The notes under the pieces were generated by a model that was not told where the DNA came from, did no database searches, and worked only from the letters and a program-made list of their open reading frames with translations. Made by a program: the position numbers and the translations under genes. Shown one piece after another: positions 8,303-16,485 of a stretch of 23,549 nt of DNA. Source of the stretch: an uncultured Oligoflexus sp. (GTDB taxonomy: Bacteria > Bdellovibrionota_B > Oligoflexia > Oligoflexales > Oligoflexaceae); assembly GCA_964236955.1 (NCBI GenBank), contig CAXSGP010000077.1, positions 1 to 23,549 on the forward strand. The letters are read 5' to 3'. The first letter of the stretch is position 1. Each line of letters opens with the position of its first letter.

Positions 8303-9439
8303 ATGTCTGCCCCAGGTACCGATTCCCTTGTTCTTTCCGAACTCATTCCGTGCGGAAATTCAGGGCTCAATATCGGTCGTATTACGATCAATTCTCCTCG
8401 CACCCTTAATTCTGTCAATCTTGGAATTATTGTCGCCATGCGCGAAGTCCTTTCGGCCTGGGAAATGGATAAACGGGTCGTTTGTGTGTTTATCGAGGGG
8501 TCAGGAGACAGAGCCTTTTGTGCCGGCGGCGATGTGAAAGGCGTCAGGGACTATATCGTCGCGGCAAAGAGCAAGGGCCAGGATCCAATTGGCCTTTGCC
8601 AGGTCTTTTTCGAAAATGAATATCGACTGGATGCCTCGATCCATCGCTATGCAAAGCCCGTGGTCGTTTGGGGTGACGGTATTGTGATGGGGGGAGGGGT
8701 TGGTATCATGGCTGGAGCCCGCCACCGCATCGTCACAGAATCGACAATAATGGCAATGCCGGAGATTACGATAGGGCTTTATCCCGATGTGGGGGCCTCC
8801 TACTTTTTGCCGAAAATGCAGGGTAAGGTCGGTCTTTTCCTTGGTCTAACGGCGGCCCGCCTCAACGCCCGTGACGCGCTCTACGTGGGACTCGCCGATC
8901 ATCTGCTTTCGAAAACCGCTAAAGTCGATCTGCTTAAAGCCCTGGCGTCTATAAATTTTCAAGGCCAGAACGCCGATGCTCAGATCACCCAATGCCTTGC
9001 CGCGTTTTCTCAGCCGGATACCGCAGCTCCCTCTGTTTTGGAAAGTCGCAGGGGCGAAATCGATAATCTCGTCGCAGGTTCTGATGTTGAAACAATATTC
9101 GACCGCTTCAGCCGCTTGACCCCCGATCCTGACGATAATTTTCTGAAGAGTGCCCGACATAACCTTCTGAGTGGCTCACCGACCTCGCTCAAGATCACCT
9201 TCGAACAGTATGCCCGTGGCAAGGGTATGACCCTCGGCGATGCCTTTCGACAGGAGCTCATCCTCTCGATTCAATGTTGCCTTCACCCCGATTTTGCCGA
9301 GGGCGTGCGGGCTCTACTCGTCGATAAGGACCATGCTCCTCAATGGAGCCCGTCCAAGCTGAAAGAACTTAGCAGCACACGGATACGGGAACACTTTAAG
9401 GCGCCTTGGACCGTTGCCCATCCTTTAGCCGATCTTTAA
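8303..9439 (+). CDS. Enoyl-CoA hydratase/isomerase family, 3-hydroxyisobutyryl-CoA hydrolase-like
   Basis: RAFCAGGDV, GIVMGGGVG, AMPEITIGLYPDVG, DFAEGVRALLVDKD..PQW; RBS GGAGG. Confidence 0.9.
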   Translation: MSAPGTDSLVLSELIPCGNSGLNIGRITINSPRTLNSVNLGIIVAMREVLSAWEMDKRVVCVFIEGSGDRAFCAGGDVKGVRDYIVAAKSKGQDPIGLCQVFFENEYRLDASIHRYAKPVVVWGDGIVMGGGVGIMAGARHRIVTESTIMAMPEITIGLYPDVGASYFLPKMQGKVGLFLGLTAARLNARDALYVGLADHLLSKTAKVDLLKALASINFQGQNADAQITQCLAAFSQPDTAAPSVLESRRGEIDNLVAGSDVETIFDRFSRLTPDPDDNFLKSARHNLLSGSPTSLKITFEQYARGKGMTLGDAFRQELILSIQCCLHPDFAEGVRALLVDKDHAPQWSPSKLKELSSTRIREHFKAPWTVAHPLADL

Positions 9440-9452
9440 GAGTGAGGATGAT

Positions 9453-10253
9453 ATGACCGGTTTTTCGTCCATGGTGGCCTTTGCTTTTCTCACGAGCCTA
9501 CTTTTTGGACAGTCTCTCTTTGGCAACAGTGGCCATGACGAAGATAAGTGCCCACCCCTTTCCCCCCGGCTTGAGGCAAACGAACAAGAGGGCCTGTCCG
9601 CAGGGCTGGAAGGCGCCGCCGGCTTTCACTCGGGTCTCAAATTATCCTTAAAGCGGGGGGCGGATCCTTTGCCCGAAGGTCTGAGTTATAGTCTTAACGC
9701 ACCATCGAAACAGTCGAATCCAATCGATAAAAACGACGAGGCGCTGACCCCAGGCCTTTATGAGCTTTCGATTCAGCAAAAAGGTCTGGAAGTTTTTCAC
9801 AAACGGATCGTTGCAATTGAAGATCAAACCTCTCTCGTCGAAATCAGTTATGACAAGACCAAAGGTTTTTCGCTTCGTCAGACCTTGGAGCTTCCTCAAA
9901 TCAAGTTTGTTGCCGGGCAAAGAAAAATTGCCCCGCCCTCATTATCGGATTTGAATAAGCTGGTGCAGCTTCTCCGGGCCGACGTGGGAATCGAACGTTT
10001 CGGGTTTGAGGTACATACCGATGCCCATGGCGATGCACGGGTGAACCAGGCCCTCACCGAGGCGCGAGCAGTGGAGGTGAAAAATTATCTGGTGAAAAAG
10101 GGTGTTGATGCTCACCTCATTAAGGCCAGTGGACTGGGAGCAACTCATCCTGTCGCTTCCAACGACAGCCAAGAGGGTCGCTTGCTCAACCGTCGCGTCG
10201 AGTTTGTAATAATTGAGACTTCAGTGGAGCCGAAGCTGTTGGGTGATCGGTAA
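9453..10253 (+). CDS. Exported protein with C-terminal OmpA-like peptidoglycan-binding domain
   Basis: Signal peptide; HTD..G...NQALTEARA..VK.YL, G.G...P...N....GR..NRRVEF; RBS GAGGA. Confidence 0.85.
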   Translation: MTGFSSMVAFAFLTSLLFGQSLFGNSGHDEDKCPPLSPRLEANEQEGLSAGLEGAAGFHSGLKLSLKRGADPLPEGLSYSLNAPSKQSNPIDKNDEALTPGLYELSIQQKGLEVFHKRIVAIEDQTSLVEISYDKTKGFSLRQTLELPQIKFVAGQRKIAPPSLSDLNKLVQLLRADVGIERFGFEVHTDAHGDARVNQALTEARAVEVKNYLVKKGVDAHLIKASGLGATHPVASNDSQEGRLLNRRVEFVIIETSVEPKLLGDR

Positions 10254-10343
10254 AAAATTCACTCAATAATTTGCTCGGATTTTGCAAGCTATGCCAAAAG
10301 AAGTCTTAATAATCGAAGGATATTGAGGGCTTAAATAATACTT

Positions 10344-10370
10344 TTCACGCTCGCCAAAAAATTCCGATAA
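10344..10370 (+). promoter_or_regulatory. sigma28/FliA-like promoter candidate
   Basis: TTCA-N15-TCCGATAA, 32 nt before the lipoprotein start. Confidence 0.4.
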
Positions 10371-10402
10371 GGAGGCTGGACCTTTGGCGGTGAGGCGATT
10401 GA

Positions 10403-11161
10403 ATGAAATTATTACCATTGGCTCTTCTGTTTTTAGCGACGGCGTGCGGTCTTCCGACTGTAACGAAGCCTTTCATCCGCCCTACTGACGAGCCATGGGA
10501 TGGCAAGGTCAATAAAGATGGTGAGGGGGGAGCCGATAAATCGGATTCTGTGCCTCTGTCAGGTGGCACGGTCAATAATAGTAAGGAGCCTCAGGACAAG
10601 GTTGATGAAACGGCAAATATTCCCAACGTCATCAGTGGGGCCTTGCTCCGTTGTGCACTGGCCTCCGATCCGGTTCAGGCGGGTCCTGAAATCACGGTTG
10701 CCTGTCGCTTTGAAAATAAAGCGGGCCAGCGGGTTGCCCTGACTGATATCGCCAAGCTTACGGTCTTTTCCTATGCAGCACCGGAAGGCAGCACTGCCCA
10801 GATTTCAGTGGAAAACCTCAGCGATTCCACCGTTTACGATGTTGCTTATTACTTCAAAGCCAAGGATAAATCGGCATCGGAAGCGATAGCCAAAGCGACC
10901 GAAATCAAGGTTGCCTTCCAGAACCTTCTTTCTGGTGAGCAGGATCAGGGACTGAGCGTTAAGCTGGGCACGATCCTGAAGATCGCAATTGCGACCATTA
11001 AAGAACTGCATGCTCTAGCCGTAAAAGTGTATGCGGTCATTAAAAGTAAGGCTGATGAAGACCTGGAAGTCAAAAGCGAGAAGGCCGAAGAGGTTCGTGC
11101 GGAAATAGACAAAAAGTTACGCGAGGCTGAAGCATTCTTCAAAAAAATCTTTGATGAATGA
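10403..11161 (+). CDS. Hypothetical lipoprotein
   Basis: Lipobox LATAC, low-complexity linker, two-Cys beta-rich domain, charged helical C-terminus; RBS GAGG. Confidence 0.8.
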   Translation: MKLLPLALLFLATACGLPTVTKPFIRPTDEPWDGKVNKDGEGGADKSDSVPLSGGTVNNSKEPQDKVDETANIPNVISGALLRCALASDPVQAGPEITVACRFENKAGQRVALTDIAKLTVFSYAAPEGSTAQISVENLSDSTVYDVAYYFKAKDKSASEAIAKATEIKVAFQNLLSGEQDQGLSVKLGTILKIAIATIKELHALAVKVYAVIKSKADEDLEVKSEKAEEVRAEIDKKLREAEAFFKKIFDE

Positions 11162-11193
11162 GCCGTTGGCTCGAAGACCTTTCGAACTCATTC
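11156..11193 (+). terminator. Branched hairpin after the lipoprotein stop
   Basis: GAATGAG/CTCATTC enclosing GAGCC/GGCTC and TCGAA/TTCGA stems. Confidence 0.35.
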
Positions 11194-11462
11194 CACCTGA
11201 CTCTTCTAAACGTCAATCATGAGTATGTCTCTTGTCATGCTTAGAATCTCTAGTTTTGCTTGATTCAATAATCACCATAAAATGTCAAAATATTAAATTA
11301 TGTCGATGCCTTGCAGTCAATTTTTGCAGGCGTTGCGGCCTTGATTTTGTGGCCATCTCGCATCGAGAGGGGGACAGTTTTAGAAATCAAAGAGCGGACT
11401 TGGAATCAAGATTCAATCGCACTTGATCTCTTAAGCTCATGACATGGCGGCCCTTGCCAGTG

Positions 11463-11491
11463 TTGACACTCCTATCCTTATTCCCTATGTT
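11463..11491 (+). promoter_or_regulatory. sigma70 promoter upstream of fur
   Basis: TTGACA-N17-TATGTT. Confidence 0.65.
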
Positions 11492-11494
11492 ACC

Positions 11495-11669
11495 GATTCG
11501 GGACTTTCTGAGAATTAGGACTCTGAATCTTGTCATAACCCTGATGCTTTTGCCCGGGTTCGCGAATATTTTGCGGGAAATGTATGGGTTCGAGAGCGCG
11601 ATTCCCCTCTATAGCAGGCCCAGTTGGCCAAAGGGATGGTAGCGTGGATCATGCCAGGAAGTCCGAGTC
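11495..11669 (+). ncRNA. Candidate structured RNA / fur 5' leader
   Basis: GATTCGGGACTTTCTG (11495-11510) pairs with CAGGAAGTCCGAGTC (11655-11669). Internal hairpins are present. No family recognised. Confidence 0.35.
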
Positions 11670-11697
11670 AGTTGTTGAGTATTGAGGAGGATCAATC

Positions 11698-12156
11698 GTG
11701 GAAGTGAACGTCAAGGCTGGACATGAGTGGTTTTGGGAGCGATTGAATCAGTATTTGGCCAAATCTCAGCTTAAACACTCGAAACAGAGAAACTTCATCA
11801 TCCAAGAATTTCTGCAGATGAAGACCCATGTGAGTGCTGAAGAACTTTATAGCCAGCTCAAAAACACCGAACACAACCCAGGACTGGCTACCGTATATAG
11901 AACTTTGAACCTCTTGAAAGAGGCGGCGCTCGTCGATCAAAAACAATTTTCTGACGGCAAATCAGTATTTGAAGTGATGGAGCCCGGAGGTCACCATGAT
12001 CACTTGATCTGCCTTATCTGCCATAAAGTTATTGAATTTGAGAATGATGAAATTGAACAGCTGCAGGAACTGGTGGCGAAAAAACATGGTTTTAAATTGA
12101 CCAAACATTCCTTAGAACTCTTTGGCCATTGCTCCGATTGTAAGGGCAAAGTCTGA
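11698..12156 (+). CDS. fur: Fur-family transcriptional regulator
   Basis: HVSAEELY, GLATVYRTL, HHDHLICLIC..VIEF, C-terminal CSDC; GTG start with RBS GAGGAGG. Confidence 0.9.
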   Translation: MEVNVKAGHEWFWERLNQYLAKSQLKHSKQRNFIIQEFLQMKTHVSAEELYSQLKNTEHNPGLATVYRTLNLLKEAALVDQKQFSDGKSVFEVMEPGGHHDHLICLICHKVIEFENDEIEQLQELVAKKHGFKLTKHSLELFGHCSDCKGKV

Positions 12157-12162
12157 CTTCGG

Positions 12163-12187
12163 GTGGCCTTCCGTCCGTGAAGGCCAC
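12163..12187. terminator. Hairpin between convergent fur and SRPBCC genes
   Basis: GTGGCCTTC-N7-GAAGGCCAC, a perfect 9-bp stem. Confidence 0.6.
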
Positions 12188-12214
12188 ACGGTCTCTCCTG
12201 CCAGTGGCCCCCAG

Positions 12215-12649
12215 TTATTTGCCGGCTGTTTCCTCAGCCCGACGTTTTACCGATTCAAGGGTTTGCGTGACAAAGCGCTCGACGTTGCGTCTTATCATCG
12301 AATCCACTCGCTGGCTTTTTGATTCCCATTCGATGTGACTTGAAAGAAGGCAAATCTCAGGTTTGCCTGGATGCTGACGAATTCTTTTTTCGATGACGCC
12401 GACCAGATCGGGGTGGCCGACCAGATGGGAGCTGACGATACCCTTTTCATAGAGAAAGGTTATTTTTTCGCGAACTTCGGCATCGGGCACGGAAATGCTG
12501 CGTAAAACACCGTTGTTAAAGCGCTCTAAAATCTTCGACTGCATAATGCCTTGGTTGAATTGTTCAGGATGCTCAAGTTCCGCGATTAAATTCTTCCAAA
12601 GATGATCATAGGAAGTATTGACCTCGCATTGAAAATCGATCGTTGCCAT
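12215..12649 (-). CDS. SRPBCC/START-fold protein (AtaL/DUF1857-like)
   Basis: LW..L....EHPEQF..GI....ILE.....VLR........VRE.I pattern; RBS AAGGA. Confidence 0.7.
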   Translation of the reverse strand: MATIDFQCEVNTSYDHLWKNLIAELEHPEQFNQGIMQSKILERFNNGVLRSISVPDAEVREKITFLYEKGIVSSHLVGHPDLVGVIEKRIRQHPGKPEICLLSSHIEWESKSQRVDSMIRRNVERFVTQTLESVKRRAEETAGK

Positions 12650-12686
12650 TGCGTTTTTCCTTTCTGCCGAGACGGTCCAGTTTAGA

Positions 12687-13811
12687 CTATATAATGACTT
12701 TAAAGGCTTTCAGTAGCGAATCTGCGGAGGCTTTACACTCTGCAAGCGTAATGCCCGCGAACAAGGGCAGATTGATCACCATTTTACTGAAACGTTTGCT
12801 GTGCTGAAGATCGGAGGTGCGCAAGGCATCTTTGGCAGGCGCTTGCTCGCATAGCGTCTGCGGATAGGTGCGGGCGCTGCCGATGCCGTCATCTCGAAGG
12901 CTGGCGGACAGTTCATCACCACTGCGTCGCTTGCTCTCGATGACACAAAGATAACCATTCGTCTGCACACCGCGCGGTGCTTTATGCACGATACAGTCAG
13001 TGCTATGCTTGGCAAAAATTTCCTGGTAGTACGCCTCGGCCGCGATTCGGGAGGCAAGCATGCCATCGATCTGATCGATCATACGGTTTAAAAAACGGGC
13101 CTGAAGCCCGCTAAGCCGCGAATTCCAGCCCACATAATCATAGGTATAGTGGCCGGCGCGGCCGTGATTGCAGAGTGAGCGTATTTTCTCGGCGAGTTTT
13201 GGATCAGGAGTCATAATGGCACCAGCATCACCAGCCGCTCCCAGGACCTTCGCCGGATAAAAGGAAATCGTCGAAATTTCGGCATCGGCATAAATCGAGC
13301 GATTGTTTTTTCTTACACCAAAGGCCTGCGCACCATCCTCAAGGAGGCGGATGTTGTGTTTCTTACAATAGTCACGGTAGTTTTCGAGATGTTCGCTCGT
13401 CCAACCAAAGAGATGGACCAGAATAGCGGCGTCATAATGATATTTTTCGTGGCCACGGCAAAATTCCTCAAAGTCCATCTGCAAATCTTTAGGGCTGATA
13501 TCGACCAGCACTGGAGTCGCGCCGACCTGAACTATGGCTTCGTAGGGGGCCCAAAATGTCATATTAGGAACTGCAACTTTGGCGCCTTGGCCGATTCCAA
13601 GAGCCTGCAGTCCAATAACCAGGGCATCTGTACCATTGGCGCAGGCTACCACATGGGGCGTCTCTAAGTAGGCTTCCAATTTTTTCTCAAGATTTTGTAC
13701 CCCGGAACCACCGACGAACTCGCAGTTGTCTAGGCAATCGGTCCAATCTGCCAGGACCTGTTCACGGATAGGGGTGACTATCCGTTTGAGGTCGATAAAG
13801 GGAACGCGCAT
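12687..13811 (-). CDS. DegT/DnrJ/EryC1/StrS PLP-dependent sugar aminotransferase
   Basis: VPFIDL, ANGTDAL, VHLFG, EDGAQAFG, SFYPAKVLGAAGDAG, GWNSRL. Start moved to ATG 13811 (RBS AGAGGA). Confidence 0.92.
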   Translation of the reverse strand: MRVPFIDLKRIVTPIREQVLADWTDCLDNCEFVGGSGVQNLEKKLEAYLETPHVVACANGTDALVIGLQALGIGQGAKVAVPNMTFWAPYEAIVQVGATPVLVDISPKDLQMDFEEFCRGHEKYHYDAAILVHLFGWTSEHLENYRDYCKKHNIRLLEDGAQAFGVRKNNRSIYADAEISTISFYPAKVLGAAGDAGAIMTPDPKLAEKIRSLCNHGRAGHYTYDYVGWNSRLSGLQARFLNRMIDQIDGMLASRIAAEAYYQEIFAKHSTDCIVHKAPRGVQTNGYLCVIESKRRSGDELSASLRDDGIGSARTYPQTLCEQAPAKDALRTSDLQHSKRFSKMVINLPLFAGITLAECKASADSLLKAFKVII

Positions 13812-13814
13812 ACA

Positions 13815-13965
13815 GATCCTCTGTTGTGGAGTAAAAGCAGGTTCGCCACTCTGTCTGTTCAAAATTACCAGAGAGAGGGGGCCAGCGGCCATCTCTTTTG
13901 TCGAGACAACGAAGAGCCCTCGACTCTCCGGTGAAGAGGAGTCGAAGGCGTAATTCAGAGGGATC
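13815..13965 (-). ncRNA. Candidate structured cis-regulatory leader of degT
   Basis: Minus-strand GATCCCTCTG pairs with CAGAGGATC, which contains the RBS. An 11-bp hairpin (13916-13949) and smaller stems lie inside. Confidence 0.35.
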
Positions 13966-13971
13966 ATTTAA

Positions 13972-13992
13972 AAAGTATAGACCTTATACTTT
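13972..13992. promoter_or_regulatory. Palindrome AAAGTATA-N5-TATACTTT overlapping a minus-strand TATACT -10
   Basis: Perfect 8-bp arms; TATACT at 13979-13974. Confidence 0.45.
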
Positions 13993-14082
13993 GACTCAAT
14001 TCCTTCGGTGCCGGGCAGGGAAGGACTGAGTTTAAGCTGCTTTTAGCGGGACACGAGCCACGGGCAGTCCAAGGGTTTTTCT

Positions 14083-16203
14083 CTAGTCAACCTTAGGATG
14101 CACGACAACTTTGACCTCGGATTCGGGCGGCAGATCCTTTTTCAGTATGACCAGATTATCATCGACTATGCTGTAGTTTGCTGTCTCCGCTCCATTGATA
14201 AACACGCGGTAGGATTTAAGTCCTGAGAAATCAACCGCGACATCGAAGGTGTTTTTATAGTCCTCAGCATATTGATAGCTTATGTCGATCGTTTTGAAGT
14301 CCTCGTCCTTACAGCTGAAGGAGATCTGTCCCTGGTTGATCTCGACATCCTTGTTGCAGAGGTCAGCATTGCCTTCCGCTACGATTTTGAGAGAATCGAG
14401 AAAGGGAACCTTTGCCGAATCAATCACGAACTTAGCTTTTTCATAGTCGTGGTTCAAGTTGTAGCGCACGTCCACTTTTCTGCCGAGCGCGACATCCAAG
14501 GGATCAAGGACGATGGTTCCGCTGCTGCGGCTCGCCTTCAATTCTTCGCCGGTGGCAGGGTCGACCACCTTAAAGTCTTCGATTTCATCATCCAAAACCC
14601 CAAGGATGGGATATTCGGTATGACGATCACCAGGAAGCTCGTAAGTCAGATACACGGGCTGGCCATCGCGTGGTGCCTCGAGGAGTGTGATCTTTTTCAG
14701 ATCGGTATTGACCGTGAAAGCCTTGGTTTTTACTCCTGCGACGCTGACCTCCAGAGTATCGAGATAGAAGGGCTGAAGGTAGCTAAAGGTCTTAACCAGC
14801 GGGGTGCTGTCGCGGTACCGCAGCCTGATCTGAGACAATTCGCTTGGTAAATCCCGAAGTTCAACTTTCTGGCTTGCGGTGTTGAAGGTAAAATCTTTGG
14901 CATTCAGTGCGGTTTCACCGAGGAAGACTTCGATTGTACTCGCGTCGATCGGGTGAGCCGGGCTAAAGCTTTTGACCATCGGGACCGGATTGTGCTTGTA
15001 GGCGATAACGACTTGAGCGTTGGCCTCGGTGACCGGCTCGAGTATGCTGAGTATCTTGCCATTCACATTGTAGGCATTGATCTTTTTGCCGTCGACCCGG
15101 ATATCGAGGGAACTCAACTCCGCTGGGAAAGCCAGTTCGAACTGCACGTTGATTTTCTTGCCGACATCGGCTGATATCTCGCTCAAGACCGTCGAGTAGT
15201 TGGAGCGACAAAGGTCAACGTAGCGACCACCGGTCTCGTTTACCATGCGATAGTACTCGATTGGGTTCGGCGGCAGGGAATAACCGCCTGAGTTCTCGCA
15301 GTCGTGGTTCGGATCGAGAGGATTCGAGCTGCTCGCATTCGGCGGCTCTTGGGTGAGCAGCATCGCGTTGACAGTTATAGTCTTACCGAGACGATCAAAG
15401 AAGTAATCGGCCTTTTCGTAAGGTTGACCAATGCAGCCTTCATTGTCGGCGCTGCCGCAGTTTTTTTCATCGGAAAGGATGAGGACCGAGCGTTGCGAAT
15501 CAGGTCTTAGCCAAGCGACGTTGCCGGCGCTGCAACCGGTTTCCTGCATCGCTTGGGTTGCCATCAGGATTCCTCGTTCAATCGGGTTACCCTGTTCGCC
15601 AACCTGTATCAGTGTTTGGAAATCGGCATCCAGCGTGCCTGGACTTGCATCGGCATCAGCACGGGAAAGGTAGGATTTTCCGGAAGTGGTCTTCCTAAGG
15701 CAGGGACTCGTGGTTGATACGACTGCGATTCGCCAGTTGGTGTTGGAGATGTGCTTGAGAATGTCGGGTAAGGTCTTCGAAAGGCGGCCCTGATAAGGTC
15801 CCATCGAGCTCGAGTCATCGATCACGAGCAAAAGGTCAAAGATACCGGCTTCGGAGACTTTGAAATTCTGCGAAGCATTGACTCCTTTATGCCCTTGCGT
15901 GAAGTTGTCAGTATGGATTGTTCGTTCAACCTGATTATACTGTTCCTGTTGCCGGGGGTTTTGTTCCAAGACCAGGCTCTGCGTAAGATCTGCGAAGCCG
16001 GAATTTATTGTCAACTGAACCGATTGGGTTTTGCCTGAAAGAAAAGTTTTGGTAATGTCGCTCGTTGCATCGGAGCTTACTCCATCATTTACAATGATTT
16101 TTTTACCCGCCCCTTTGAACGGGGTGGATTCGCCACAAGCCGCAAGTAGTGTTGTACAGGCTAGGACGCAGGTGAGATGACGAAAAGAGAGATTGCGAAC
16201 CAT
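14083..16203 (-). CDS. vWA-domain lipoprotein with six C-terminal beta-rich repeats (adhesin-like)
   Basis: Lipobox LAAC (Cys23); MIDAS DDSSS; WLRPDS..SVLILSDE; GG...DLC..NYS..L; repeats from aa ~355 to the end. Confidence 0.8.
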   Translation of the reverse strand: MVRNLSFRHLTCVLACTTLLAACGESTPFKGAGKKIIVNDGVSSDATSDITKTFLSGKTQSVQLTINSGFADLTQSLVLEQNPRQQEQYNQVERTIHTDNFTQGHKGVNASQNFKVSEAGIFDLLLVIDDSSSMGPYQGRLSKTLPDILKHISNTNWRIAVVSTTSPCLRKTTSGKSYLSRADADASPGTLDADFQTLIQVGEQGNPIERGILMATQAMQETGCSAGNVAWLRPDSQRSVLILSDEKNCGSADNEGCIGQPYEKADYFFDRLGKTITVNAMLLTQEPPNASSSNPLDPNHDCENSGGYSLPPNPIEYYRMVNETGGRYVDLCRSNYSTVLSEISADVGKKINVQFELAFPAELSSLDIRVDGKKINAYNVNGKILSILEPVTEANAQVVIAYKHNPVPMVKSFSPAHPIDASTIEVFLGETALNAKDFTFNTASQKVELRDLPSELSQIRLRYRDSTPLVKTFSYLQPFYLDTLEVSVAGVKTKAFTVNTDLKKITLLEAPRDGQPVYLTYELPGDRHTEYPILGVLDDEIEDFKVVDPATGEELKASRSSGTIVLDPLDVALGRKVDVRYNLNHDYEKAKFVIDSAKVPFLDSLKIVAEGNADLCNKDVEINQGQISFSCKDEDFKTIDISYQYAEDYKNTFDVAVDFSGLKSYRVFINGAETANYSIVDDNLVILKKDLPPESEVKVVVHPKVD

Positions 16204-16256
16204 AGGGATACCTCTAATATGGAACGTGGGTTAATTGCCCAACGTTAACAGGTGAG

Positions 16257-16283
16257 TATTCGGCGCAATAAAAGTTCTTTATA
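16257..16283 (-). promoter_or_regulatory. sigma28/FliA-like promoter candidate
   Basis: TATAAAG...GCCGAATA (TATA-N15-GCCGAATA). Confidence 0.35.
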
Positions 16284-16485
16284 ATCGACTTCCCAACGGG
16301 CTTAAATGGACGTTTAGAAATTGTGCTAAGTAGTGACTTCCCTGGGCTTATATCTAAGGTCGCACATAAAACTAAAGTTCCATTGGTCAACGATAAAAAA
16401 CGATGGCTTCATCGAGTCCGAACAGGAACTTGGATTTGAGCCGCTAAGGCCTGATCTCAACACATGAAAAGCACGGAGCGAGGAA

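Noticed and set aside
11439..11642. 67-aa ORF upstream of fur
   Set aside because: Starts upstream of and runs through the predicted promoter; no RBS.
11635..11646. ops-like GATGGTAGCGTG (10/12 to GGCGGTAGCGTG)
   Set aside because: fur is monocistronic, so there is no long operon to antiterminate, and the mismatches hit the conserved GGCG.
11495..11669. Firm 6S RNA call
   Set aside because: Size and closing stem fit, but I could not build a convincing symmetric rod with central bubble, and the usual zapA/ygfA context is absent.
13812..13967. 52-aa N-terminal extension of DegT (similarly for PrpD, JmjC, DTW, VWA)
   Set aside because: Family homology and good RBSs begin at the downstream ATGs.
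16417..16455. sigma28- or sigmaE-like boxes before the REC-TPR gene
   Set aside because: TCCGAACA and GCCGCTAA lack a properly spaced -35; GGAACTT lacks a good -10.
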